64,000 nucleotides of DNA from assembly GCA_944321845.1 (NCBI GenBank), contig CALUMT010000020.1, forward strand, positions 40,888 through 104,887. Reading direction: 5' to 3'. Below are positions 52,533-62,078 of the stretch, one piece after another. Source of the stretch: an uncultured Butyricimonas sp. (lineage in GTDB: Bacteria > Bacteroidota > Bacteroidia > Bacteroidales > Marinifilaceae). Each line of letters opens with the position of its first letter. Position 1 is the first letter of the stretch. A program made the translations under genes and the position numbers. The notes beneath the pieces are model-generated. The model saw only the letters and a list, made by a program, of their open reading frames with translations. It ran no database searches and had not been told where the DNA came from.

Positions 52533-52994
52533 ATGATACAGAGAATACAATCCGTCTATCTTTTTATAATTACGATTTTAATGATTCTTCCTCTATGTAC
52601 CCCTATTGCCCAATTAATCGTTCCGGCAGGAGGAATATTTGAATTTTATAGCTACGGGGTAATACAAATAGAAGGGCAACCGCCATTAAAGGTATATTAT
52701 TGGACACTTTTAAGCATAAACATTATCGCTATTCTCATTCCATTTATAACCATATTCCTATATAAAAGGAGAAGATGGCAGGTACGCTTGTGTCTTATTG
52801 AAATCATTCTATGTCTATTCTTTTTTGCCCTCATGTGGTACGACCTCAACCGTTTTGCCAATGACGCCGAAATCAGCATCATGTACAAGATTGGTTTTAT
52901 CTTACCCGTGATTTCCGCCATTCTCGGTTATCTGGCATTACGAGGAGTGCTGAAAGACATTCAATTAATAAGATCTTACGACAGAATTCGTTAA
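52533..52994 (+). CDS. DUF4293-like integral membrane protein
   Basis: 153 aa with four predicted TM segments and the N-terminus MIQRIQSVYLFI, which I recall from DUF4293. Confidence 0.6.
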   Translation: MIQRIQSVYLFIITILMILPLCTPIAQLIVPAGGIFEFYSYGVIQIEGQPPLKVYYWTLLSINIIAILIPFITIFLYKRRRWQVRLCLIEIILCLFFFALMWYDLNRFANDAEISIMYKIGFILPVISAILGYLALRGVLKDIQLIRSYDRIR

Positions 52995-53019
52995 TATATA
53001 GAATTAAATATCAAACAAT

Positions 53020-54717
53020 ATGAGGAAACTACGTTTATTGATCACGAGTGTTTTAACGTGCACCACCTTCTATTCGATGGCCTGCACGAATTTCCTTTTC
53101 ACGAAAGGAGCGACCAAAGATGGTTCCACCATGGTAACTTATGCCGCAGACTCCCATACCTTATACGGGGAATTGTATCACTGGCCCGCGGCTGATTGGC
53201 CAGAGGGAAGCATGCTTGATGTTTATGAATGGGACACCGGTAAATACCTGGGACAAATTCCTCAAGTAGCCCACACGTATAATGTAATCGGTAACATGAA
53301 TGAGCACCAATTGGCAATAGCCGAAAGTACTTATGGCGGACGGGAAGAATTAGCAACTCAAAGCGGAGCCATTATCGACTACGGGAGCGCTATTTATATT
53401 ACCCTTCAAAGAGCTAAAACGGCCAGAGAGGCTATCGTTATTATGACCCAACTATTCGAGAATTACGGCTATGCCAGTTCGGGAGAATCTTTCTCAATCG
53501 TTGACCCCAACGAAGTTTGGATTCTTGAAGCTATCGGGAAAGGAGAAGGAGAAAAAGGGGCTGTATGGGTTGCCCGCATGGTTCCTGATGGATATGTAAG
53601 CGGTCACGCTAACCAGGCCCGTATCACGACCTTCCCGTTAGAAGGTAAAAACTCAATCTCATCCGACAACATAAAAAAAATATTCAATCCGGAAATAACA
53701 ACTGTATATTCCAAAGACGTAATCTCTTTTGCCAAAGAAAAAGGATTCTATCCAAAGGACGGGAAAAACAAAGATTTCAGTTTCTCGGACACGTATAATC
53801 CTGTAAATTTCAGCGGAGCCCGCGGATGTGAAATCCGGGTATGGTCATTTTTCAAAAGCGTAAATCAAGATATGCAACAATATTTTGGATACGCTTCAGG
53901 ACGGGATATTAAATACGATGAAAAAGGATACGCAACCAACCGCATGCCTCTATGGATTAAACCAGATGAAAAAGTAGACATTCTACAAGTTATGGACTTC
54001 ATGCGTGATCACCTTGAAGGCACGGAATTGGATATGACAAAAGACTTGGGAGCCGGTCCGTACGCTTGTCCATACAGATGGAGACCTATGGGCTTTACCG
54101 TAGACGGGAAAGAATATGTTCATGAACGTGCCACAGCAACTCAACAAACAGGTTTCTCGTTTGTTGCCCAATGCCGTAGCTGGTTACCTAATGAAATCGG
54201 AGGTATTATCTGGTTTGGTGTAGATGATGCAGCCAGCACCGTTTATTTCCCCATGTACACGAGTTCAACAAGAGTACCGCACGCTTTCGCGAAAGGCAAT
54301 GGAAGCATGATGAAATTCACGAATGAAGCTGCTTTCTGGGTATTTAATCAGGTAACTAATTTTGCTTACACACGTTACAATCTTATCCACCCCGAAGTAC
54401 GAGCTAAACAGAAAGCATTAGAAACCCAATACACGGAATTCGTAAAAGCTGTAGATAATGGAGCTCAAAACCTGTTGGCTGAAAACAAAGAAAAAGCCGT
54501 AGCATTCCTTACCGACTTCTCCTGCAACACGGGTAATGACCTCGTTGCTCAATGGAGAGACTTCTACGGTTATCTGTTCTGCAAATACATGGACGGTAAC
54601 ATGAAAACCGCTATCCCGGGAGAACAAAATCCCAAGGTTGAACAGCCTGCCCTGCCGGAGTGGTTCTTACGCATGCTTATCGAACAAACGGGAAACAAAT
54701 TAGAAGTAGTAAAATAA
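53020..54717 (+). CDS. C69-family dipeptidase, secreted
   Basis: 565 aa with a signal peptide ending in the nucleophile Cys (FYSMACTNFLFTKGATKDGS), as in C69 peptidases. Confidence 0.8.
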   Translation: MRKLRLLITSVLTCTTFYSMACTNFLFTKGATKDGSTMVTYAADSHTLYGELYHWPAADWPEGSMLDVYEWDTGKYLGQIPQVAHTYNVIGNMNEHQLAIAESTYGGREELATQSGAIIDYGSAIYITLQRAKTAREAIVIMTQLFENYGYASSGESFSIVDPNEVWILEAIGKGEGEKGAVWVARMVPDGYVSGHANQARITTFPLEGKNSISSDNIKKIFNPEITTVYSKDVISFAKEKGFYPKDGKNKDFSFSDTYNPVNFSGARGCEIRVWSFFKSVNQDMQQYFGYASGRDIKYDEKGYATNRMPLWIKPDEKVDILQVMDFMRDHLEGTELDMTKDLGAGPYACPYRWRPMGFTVDGKEYVHERATATQQTGFSFVAQCRSWLPNEIGGIIWFGVDDAASTVYFPMYTSSTRVPHAFAKGNGSMMKFTNEAAFWVFNQVTNFAYTRYNLIHPEVRAKQKALETQYTEFVKAVDNGAQNLLAENKEKAVAFLTDFSCNTGNDLVAQWRDFYGYLFCKYMDGNMKTAIPGEQNPKVEQPALPEWFLRMLIEQTGNKLEVVK

Positions 54718-54853
54718 TTGCCAAATCATTACCATTTATAATTTACATTTGATATATTTGCAACCCGAATTTAAAACGTACGTAGTCTCTTACATGAAAG
54801 ACAGATGTCGTAATACTGCGTTCGAGAAGTAACAGATTAAAGCTCAAAGAAAA

Positions 54854-55207
54854 ATGGACTTAATTAAAATTGCAGAACAAGCATTCTTGAAAGAAGATGC
54901 CCCCGTTATCCCGGAATTCAAATCTGGAGATACCATCAGTGTTCACTACAAAATCGTAGAAGGTAACAAAGAACGTATCCAGATATTCAAGGGTATCGTT
55001 ATCCAAATCAAAGGAACAGGCACCACCAAAACTTTCACGGTAAGAAAAATGTCTGGAAATGTTGGCGTAGAACGTATTTTCCCGTTCAATTCTCCTTACA
55101 TCCAATCAATTACTGTTGACCGTCGTGGTGTTGTACGCCGTGCCAGAATTTATTACTTCCGTGATCTTACTGGTAAGAAGGCTAAGATTAAAGAAAAAAG
55201 AATGTAA
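54854..55207 (+). CDS. rplS: 50S ribosomal protein L19
   Basis: 117 aa with F.SGDT..V...I.EG.KERIQ.F.G. Confidence 0.93.
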   Translation: MDLIKIAEQAFLKEDAPVIPEFKSGDTISVHYKIVEGNKERIQIFKGIVIQIKGTGTTKTFTVRKMSGNVGVERIFPFNSPYIQSITVDRRGVVRRARIYYFRDLTGKKAKIKEKRM

Positions 55208-55224
55208 TTCTAAACAGCTTTATG

Positions 55225-55265
55225 AAAGGCGCATTCTCTTCGGAATGCGCCTTTTTATTTTTATA
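55225..55265 (+). terminator. Intrinsic terminator after rplS
   Basis: 12-bp stem AAAGGCGCATTC / GAATGCGCCTTT followed by TTATTTTTAT. Confidence 0.75.
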
Positions 55266-55359
55266 ACCCAAGGGGCAAAATTCACGAAATCTTTCTTCCA
55301 AAAAGAAAAATTATCTCCCAAAACATTATAACTTTGTTGTATCATCAAAACCATTAAAT

Positions 55360-57102
55360 ATGGAAACAACAGAAATACTGAATATTGCAAAAGAAAAAGC
55401 AAAGGGGTGGTTAAACCCTGCCTACGATAAAACGACCAGAGACGAGGTAGAACGCTTATTACAAGCCGAGGATTCAACGGAACTCATTGAATCCTTCTAC
55501 AATGATCTGGAATTCGGAACCGGTGGTTTACGCGGCATCATGGGTATAGGAACAAACCGCATGAATATCTATACCGTGGGAGCAGCGACCCAAGGGTTTG
55601 CAAACTACATAAATCAAGTATTCCCCGATGGAGAAAAATCCGTATGCATCGGTCATGATTGCCGCCATAATTCCCGACTTTTCGCGGAAACAGCCGCAGC
55701 CATATTCTCCGCGAACGGCATTCATGTCTATCTGTTTGAAGAACTTCGTCCCACCCCAGAAATGAGTTTTGCCATTCGGGAACTGGGTTGCAAGGGAGGT
55801 GTCATCATTACAGCTTCACATAATCCGAAAGAATACAATGGTTATAAAGCATATTGGGACGACGGATCCCAACTTGTGCCCCCACATGACAAAAATGTCA
55901 TCAACGAGGTTAAGAAAGTAAAGGTATCAGATATCCTTTTCAATAAAGTTTCAGAACGGATCACGCTTCTCGGGGAAGATTTTGACAAAAAATATCTGGC
56001 AAAAGTAAAAACGCTCAGTCTCTCACCTGAAGCTATCCAAAAGGCCCGGGAACTAAAGATCGTCTTCACTCCTTTACATGGGACCACATATAAACTCGTT
56101 CCGGAATCTTTACGAAACTGGGGGTTTACTCAGGTATACCCTGTACCCGAACAAAGTATTCCAGATGGAGACTTTCCAACCGTGGCATCTGCCAACCCGG
56201 AGGAACCCGCGGCATTCAAAATGGCAACTGACCTCGCCCGGGAAATTAACGCAGACCTCGCTATGGCATGCGACCCCGACGGCGACCGCATCGGAATTGC
56301 CGTTAAAGACGATCAAGGCGAATGGACGCTACTGAACGGTAATCAAACAAATCTCATCTACACCGAATACATCATCCAACGCCGCAAGGAACTAGGTCTA
56401 CTCCGTGGTGGCGAATACATGGTCAAAACAATTGTAACCACTGAAATGATCAAAAATATCGCCGAGGCAAACGGGATCACTTGCTATGATGTTTACACCG
56501 GGTTCAAATGGATTGCGGCTGTCGTGCGGGAACAGGGAGGTGAAAAATTCATCGGTGGAGGAGAAGAATCCTTCGGCTACATGCCGGGAGCCTTTACCCG
56601 GGACAAAGACGGAGTATCTGCCGCCAGTCTCATGGCCGAAATTACGGCATGGCTCAAGGTCCAAGGTAAAACACCATTTGAATATCTAAAAGAAATCTAT
56701 GCAAAATATGGATTCTCACAAGAACGCATGATTTATATCGTACGTAAAGGTCTCTCCGGCGCAGAGGAAATCAAAGCCATGATGCAACGCTTCCGGCACG
56801 ATACCCCAGCGACTATCGCTGGCTCTCCCGTGATTCTGAAGAAGGACTATCTTACTCTCGAGGCCACGGACATTCCATCTGGAATAAAAAAACATCTGCC
56901 CTTCGAAACGACAAGCGATGTTCTCCAATTCTTCCTCGCTGATGGGAGTAAAATTTCTGTTCGTCCTTCAGGCACAGAGCCTAAGATCAAATTCTACTTT
57001 GAAGCCCGTGCCAAAATGCAACAACCAGACGATTTTCACCAGGCACAACAGGAAGCTAACGCTCGTATTGATGCAATCATCAGCGATCTAGGCATAGCTT
57101 AA
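55360..57102 (+). CDS. Phosphoglucomutase/phosphomannomutase family phospho-sugar mutase
   Basis: 580 aa with the active-site motif TASHNPKEYNGYK and the metal loop DPDGDR. A -7 box TAACTTTG lies at 55329-55336. Confidence 0.88.
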   Translation: METTEILNIAKEKAKGWLNPAYDKTTRDEVERLLQAEDSTELIESFYNDLEFGTGGLRGIMGIGTNRMNIYTVGAATQGFANYINQVFPDGEKSVCIGHDCRHNSRLFAETAAAIFSANGIHVYLFEELRPTPEMSFAIRELGCKGGVIITASHNPKEYNGYKAYWDDGSQLVPPHDKNVINEVKKVKVSDILFNKVSERITLLGEDFDKKYLAKVKTLSLSPEAIQKARELKIVFTPLHGTTYKLVPESLRNWGFTQVYPVPEQSIPDGDFPTVASANPEEPAAFKMATDLAREINADLAMACDPDGDRIGIAVKDDQGEWTLLNGNQTNLIYTEYIIQRRKELGLLRGGEYMVKTIVTTEMIKNIAEANGITCYDVYTGFKWIAAVVREQGGEKFIGGGEESFGYMPGAFTRDKDGVSAASLMAEITAWLKVQGKTPFEYLKEIYAKYGFSQERMIYIVRKGLSGAEEIKAMMQRFRHDTPATIAGSPVILKKDYLTLEATDIPSGIKKHLPFETTSDVLQFFLADGSKISVRPSGTEPKIKFYFEARAKMQQPDDFHQAQQEANARIDAIISDLGIA

Positions 57103-57117
57103 AAAACAATATTTCAT

Positions 57118-57164
57118 TTACCCTTCCGGGCTGTATCATAAAAAGTACTAGCCCGGAAGGGTAA
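57118..57164. terminator. Bidirectional terminator hairpin between the convergent mutase and helicase genes
   Basis: Perfect 15-bp stem TTACCCTTCCGGGCT (57118-57132) / AGCCCGGAAGGGTAA (57150-57164). Confidence 0.65.
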
Positions 57165-57208
57165 TTTCCGCACAACCTCTCCTTATGCCACGATGCTACT
57201 AAATAACA

Positions 57209-58627
57209 TCATTCAGCCATAAAGAATTCATCCTTAAAATTCACAAGATAGAGACGATGGCGGGCTCGGGTAAAAGCTGTATAGAGCCAACGCCAATACT
57301 CATCATCATAAGCAGAATCCTCCACCCACCCTGGATCAATAAACACGGCATCCCATTGTCCACCTTGTGCCTTATGGCAAGTAACCGCATAGGCGAACTT
57401 AATCTGCAAGGCATTAAAATATTCATTCTCCCTGATTTTCTCCTGACGTTTCTTTCTGGAAGCGATATCCATGTAATCCTCTTCCACGGCATGATAAAGA
57501 CGACTATAATCCTCTCGTGCTAGAGCAGGTTGTTCGGAATCCAACGTATCCAGCATCACCCAAACAGCAAGTTCATTCTCATCTTCCTGAAGCTGTAAGC
57601 GCACTTGAGCGAAGTGAAAACCGTAAAGCTCCTTATACTTCCCGACCTTGATCACCGAAGCGATGTCACCATTCGCGATAAAATCAAGTTCGTCATGCTC
57701 CGCCCCCCAAAAATAATTATTTTTCACGATCATTACTCGATCACCACCCGTAAGCTGTTCCTCCCGGTAAAGGATTCGAGCTCGAATACCCGCATTAAAA
57801 CGGTTTGCCCTCTTGTTCGAACGGCAAACGACCATCGTTTCGTCAATTCCGAAACGGGAATAGCAAAAATCCAATTCCTCCAGCAAATCCGTCCCATCCA
57901 CTCGAATGACATCAGGGAATTGCGCAACCTTCAGCAAAAGACGAGTACATCCTCCCATTCCAATCATCTCCCGAACCAGAGTCGCATTATATAAAATGCC
58001 CGATTGTCCCGCTTGTCTTAAGACGTCAGTCAAATTCACCTCCCGAATATCCACCCCGTAAGCCGCCCGCAAATAATCAGCGTCCAAAGCAGGACTGATA
58101 TCCGTACCAACTGGAGGTAATTGTGCCACATCACCAATTAAAACCAACCGATTACCCCGTCCATTATAAACAAAAGAAAACAAATCATCCAGGAGGCAGC
58201 CAGAACCGAAGGTGGAATCTGGAGAATTCAAAGATATCATCGAGGCCTCATCCACAAAAAAAAGGGCCCGAGAAGCAGGATTAAAACCTAGATCAAAATA
58301 TCCCACACCATCCCGTTCTGTTTTTTGCCGATAAATCTTTTTATGAATAGTCAACGCAGTCTGTCCCGAATAGCCCGAAAATACTTTTGCAGCCCTACCC
58401 GTGGGTGCCAAAAGAGAAACGGGGATCTCAAATCCCACGAGAGTATTGACAATCGCCGCCACGAGAGATGTCTTTCCAGAACCGGCATATCCTTTTAATA
58501 AAAAGAGGCTCTCGTGATTACCCTCGAAAAAAAACGACACGAACTCATCAAGTGCCCGCTGCTGTGAAGGGGAAAAATCATAACCAAGTTTCTGGCTAAC
58601 AATCGTTTTAAATTGTTCCGCAAGCAT
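57209..58627 (-). CDS. RecD/Pif1-like SF1 DNA helicase
   Basis: 472 aa with Walker A GYAGSGKTS, FFVDEASMI and a C-terminal AVTCHKAQGGQWDAVFI (UvrD_C_2-type). Confidence 0.75.
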   Translation of the reverse strand: MLAEQFKTIVSQKLGYDFSPSQQRALDEFVSFFFEGNHESLFLLKGYAGSGKTSLVAAIVNTLVGFEIPVSLLAPTGRAAKVFSGYSGQTALTIHKKIYRQKTERDGVGYFDLGFNPASRALFFVDEASMISLNSPDSTFGSGCLLDDLFSFVYNGRGNRLVLIGDVAQLPPVGTDISPALDADYLRAAYGVDIREVNLTDVLRQAGQSGILYNATLVREMIGMGGCTRLLLKVAQFPDVIRVDGTDLLEELDFCYSRFGIDETMVVCRSNKRANRFNAGIRARILYREEQLTGGDRVMIVKNNYFWGAEHDELDFIANGDIASVIKVGKYKELYGFHFAQVRLQLQEDENELAVWVMLDTLDSEQPALAREDYSRLYHAVEEDYMDIASRKKRQEKIRENEYFNALQIKFAYAVTCHKAQGGQWDAVFIDPGWVEDSAYDDEYWRWLYTAFTRARHRLYLVNFKDEFFMAE

Positions 58628-58816
58628 AACTAAATTTAATCGACAAAAAAAGATTGAAAAGTCATTTTTTTCTTATATTTGCCAACAGTACACGACATAA
58701 AAAGTCAGGGTATCATGTTGTTTTAATTTGTCGTAAAGATAAAGAAAAACGATATACAATAAAAAAGAGAATAAACTAACTTATTTTACGTGTAATAAAT
58801 ATACTGAACGAATAAA

Positions 58817-59464
58817 ATGAAAAAGATTATTATCCAAATCCTCTTGGCCGCAGTAGCTGTATGGCTGGCGTACGCATGCTACAAAAGTGTAGCTAATCCT
58901 ATCGAGTTTAAGAAAATCAAAGACCAACGATACGAAAAAATCATTCAACGGTTGAAAGATATCCGTACTGCACAAGAAGCTTACCGGGGAGTTTATGGAG
59001 AATACACGAGCAGTTTTGATACTTTGATTAATTTCGTGAAGTACGATTCTCTTAAAACGGTAAACGCTATCGGTGAATTAACAGACGAAATGGTAGACGA
59101 AGGGTTGACAGAAATCACTGCCGCTAAAAAAGGATTAATCATCCGAGATACCATTCGTATTGCCGCTCTCGAAAAATTATTCGGGAAAGATTATCCTATA
59201 GATGATCTCCGTTATGTACCCTTCACCAAAAGAAAACATGAATTTTTAATGGGTACAAACAAAGTATGGAACTCTGATGCTTCTATCGAGACGCCCGTTT
59301 TTGAAGCTCGTGTAAATAATATGATTATTTTCGAAGATTTATTCGAAGAATACGAGGATGCCATTCTCGAAGAAAATGGAGAACGTGTCCGCTTACACAA
59401 ATACCCGGGTCTTAAAGTGGGAAGTGTAAAAGAAGCGAACAATAACGTGGGAAATTGGGAATAA
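58817..59464 (+). CDS. Hypothetical membrane-anchored protein
   Basis: 215 aa with a single N-terminal TM helix (IIIQILLAAVAVWLAYACY). No motif was recognised. Confidence 0.6.
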   Translation: MKKIIIQILLAAVAVWLAYACYKSVANPIEFKKIKDQRYEKIIQRLKDIRTAQEAYRGVYGEYTSSFDTLINFVKYDSLKTVNAIGELTDEMVDEGLTEITAAKKGLIIRDTIRIAALEKLFGKDYPIDDLRYVPFTKRKHEFLMGTNKVWNSDASIETPVFEARVNNMIIFEDLFEEYEDAILEENGERVRLHKYPGLKVGSVKEANNNVGNWE

Positions 59465-59470
59465 TTAATA

Positions 59471-60313
59471 ATGCAGCATACTTATTTTGTAATCCCAGAT
59501 TTCGTAAACGAAATATCTACACAATCGATATTATCCATCCGTCTTGCCACGGATGGATTTTCATTTTGCATACACGATTCTCGGGGGCAATTGGTTGCAT
59601 TCATCCACGAACCTCTCGATGCGGAAAACCAAGTTATATCCTTGTACCAACTACAAGAATACATCAAAAAATACCCGTTGTTAAATCTACAGTACGCGAA
59701 AGTTTTTCTTATGCCTTGTACTCGGGAAAAATTACTTGTCCCAGATGCATTCTATAACGAACATGCCGCAATGACATTCTATTCCATAACACAGGATACA
59801 CACACTGATGATCATTTTCTGCATCATCATATAGAATCATTAAAGGCTAACCTGGTGACCACATTTCCCGAATCAATCATAACCTTCATCTTGTCACATT
59901 TCCCCCAAACCCATATCATTAATTCGGCTTATCCATTTTTAGTTGAATCATTATCACGGAACGAGGAAATACCACCACAACTATTTGTTGCCATCGAGCA
60001 CCAATATTTCGATATTCTCGTGATGAATAACAAACAACCAGTATTATTCAACACATTCGACTACAAAAATAATACAGATATTCTGTATCATGTGCTTAAC
60101 TGTATCCAGACCTTAGAGATAGATTCACAAAAGGTACAGTTAACATTAACAGGCAATTCTCCCCAGGATGCATTGTACCAACTACTTAAACGCTATATAC
60201 CCAATTCTCGAATAAAGGTAAACGACAGGACATTAAATACAATTCTGAATGACAATAGTCTTTACTACTCATCTTTCTATCATTTATTAAACCTTCACCT
60301 ATGCGAATTATAA
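59471..60313 (+). CDS. DUF3822-like hypothetical protein
   Basis: 280 aa. Its end overlaps the start of rsmD by 13 nt, an arrangement I recall for DUF3822 genes in Bacteroidota. The family call is from memory. Confidence 0.5.
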   Translation: MQHTYFVIPDFVNEISTQSILSIRLATDGFSFCIHDSRGQLVAFIHEPLDAENQVISLYQLQEYIKKYPLLNLQYAKVFLMPCTREKLLVPDAFYNEHAAMTFYSITQDTHTDDHFLHHHIESLKANLVTTFPESIITFILSHFPQTHIINSAYPFLVESLSRNEEIPPQLFVAIEHQYFDILVMNNKQPVLFNTFDYKNNTDILYHVLNCIQTLEIDSQKVQLTLTGNSPQDALYQLLKRYIPNSRIKVNDRTLNTILNDNSLYYSSFYHLLNLHLCEL

Positions 60314-60843
60314 GCGGTAGCCATAAAGGGAAACAGATCGTTCCCGACAAAAATTTCAAAGCACGTCCAACAACTGATTTCGCGAAAGAAAATCTATTCA
60401 ATGTCCTAAATAATTTTGTCTGCATCGAAAATGCAAATGTCCTTGATTTATTTTCAGGTACAGGCAGTATCAGTTACGAATTCGCGTCCCGGGGAGCTAA
60501 AGAAATCATTGCCATTGAGGCGAATTATTTTCATTATTCCTTTATCAAGAAAACAGCAATAAACCTAGGTTTCAAGAACATCAAAGTTTTCAAGAATGAC
60601 GTTTTCTTTGCCTGCAAGAAACTACGGGGAAAAAATTTTGATATCATCTTCGCGGATCCTCCATACGATTTACCACAAATCCAAGATATCCCCCAAGCCA
60701 TTTTTGACAACGAATTGCTTAGCCCCGAGGGAATCGTTATCATTGAACATCCGGAAAAAATCGATTTTTCAGCAGCACCGCACTTCTTTAACCATCGGCA
60801 ATACGGTAGCGTGAATTTCTCCCTATTCCGGTTAAACATATAA
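60301..60843 (+). CDS. rsmD: 16S rRNA (guanine966-N2)-methyltransferase RsmD
   Basis: 180 aa with MRIISG..KG, LDLFSGTGSISYE and the DPPY motif (FADPPYD). Confidence 0.85.
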   Translation: MRIISGSHKGKQIVPDKNFKARPTTDFAKENLFNVLNNFVCIENANVLDLFSGTGSISYEFASRGAKEIIAIEANYFHYSFIKKTAINLGFKNIKVFKNDVFFACKKLRGKNFDIIFADPPYDLPQIQDIPQAIFDNELLSPEGIVIIEHPEKIDFSAAPHFFNHRQYGSVNFSLFRLNI

Positions 60844-60932
60844 TACAACGCACACTAGTCAGACTATTAAATATCTATTATCTAGTCGATTAGATACTTA
60901 CTCGAATCGGCATTACATAATCGTCACTTTTT

Positions 60933-60950
60933 TGTAACATTCCTGTAACA
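60933..60950 (+). promoter_or_regulatory. Pho-box-like direct repeat TGTAACA-N4-TGTAACA upstream of the porin gene
   Basis: TGTAACA occurs at 60933-60939 and 60944-60950 (11-bp period). It lies about 52-69 nt upstream of the ATG at 61002. Confidence 0.5.
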
Positions 60951-61001
60951 TTTGCCCTTTATTTTTGGAAAAAATATTAATGATCTAATTTAAAGGGACA
61001 A

Positions 61002-61982
61002 ATGAAACAATTTCTATTATTTATCGTTTTCATTATTATCGCACAAACCAGTTTCGGAAACAACAAAGAAGAAAAAAAGTTCAAATTAACAGGCAAACCC
61101 ATTCTTACCATATTTGCCAATTACCATGCAGGGCTTGGAAGAGCCAATAAAGAATCAGGCTTCAGCCTCGACCGTTCATACCTTGGTTATCAAGCTAATA
61201 TTACAGAACATCTTTCCGGGAAAGTGGTTTTTGACATCGGATCAACCAAAGTTGAAGGAGCAGATATCGAACGGGTAGCTTACGTGAAAAACGCCATGCT
61301 AAGCTGGCAAACGGAAAATCTCACCGTTGATTTCGGTCTCATCGGACTGGAACAGTTCAACATGCAAGAAAAATTCTGGGGACACCGTTACATACAAAAA
61401 TCCTTTCAAGACAAGTATCAATTCGGAAGTAGCGCCGACATGGGAGTCCTCGGGAAATACAAATTCACCCGTTGGTTCAGTGCAGACCTCACGTTCATTA
61501 ACGGGGAAGGTTACAAAAAACTAAACACGGACAACAAATACCGGTACGGCTTAGGTATTTCCATTTTACCGACATCCCGCTTCTCCATTCGCGCATATTA
61601 TGACATTCAAGACAAGAACTCCCAAGAAGGAAGCAAATCACAACAAACACTGGCCTTATTCGCGGGATACAAGTTTGATCGCTTATCTATCGGGGCAGAA
61701 TACAACAAACAATATAACACTGATTTTGTGCAAGAACATGACCAAGAAGGCTTCTCCATATACAGCTCGATAAAACTCGGCTCTCAATTCCAAGTTTTCG
61801 GGAGATACGACAATCTTACTTCCCAAAACCAGTGGAGTGATAACGACACACAATACATGCTGTTTGGAATCCAATATTCACCGATAAAGCAACTAAAGAT
61901 TTCCCCCAACTTCCAAAACAACAATCCATACTCAAACAAGTCAGAATCACTTATTTACCTGAATATTGAATTCAAAATATAA
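61002..61982 (+). CDS. Outer-membrane beta-barrel porin (putative phosphate-regulated)
   Basis: 326 aa with a signal peptide and alternating beta-strand patterns rich in Y/G/N. It lies directly upstream of pstS and shares the upstream repeat motif. Confidence 0.6.
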   Translation: MKQFLLFIVFIIIAQTSFGNNKEEKKFKLTGKPILTIFANYHAGLGRANKESGFSLDRSYLGYQANITEHLSGKVVFDIGSTKVEGADIERVAYVKNAMLSWQTENLTVDFGLIGLEQFNMQEKFWGHRYIQKSFQDKYQFGSSADMGVLGKYKFTRWFSADLTFINGEGYKKLNTDNKYRYGLGISILPTSRFSIRAYYDIQDKNSQEGSKSQQTLALFAGYKFDRLSIGAEYNKQYNTDFVQEHDQEGFSIYSSIKLGSQFQVFGRYDNLTSQNQWSDNDTQYMLFGIQYSPIKQLKISPNFQNNNPYSNKSESLIYLNIEFKI

Positions 61983-61984
61983 AA

Positions 61985-62024
61985 TGTAACATTCATGTAA
62001 CAATCGCGTAATTTTATTGTAACA
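61985..62024 (+). promoter_or_regulatory. Array of phased Pho-box-like repeats upstream of pstS
   Basis: TGTAACA occurs at 61985, 61996 and 62018. A degenerate copy (cgtaatt) is at 62007. All are on an 11-bp register, 55-94 nt upstream of the pstS ATG. Confidence 0.5.
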
Positions 62025-62078
62025 GGATTCATATAGGTTCGCGATACAAAAATGAAACACGAATAAAAACGATCTAAC

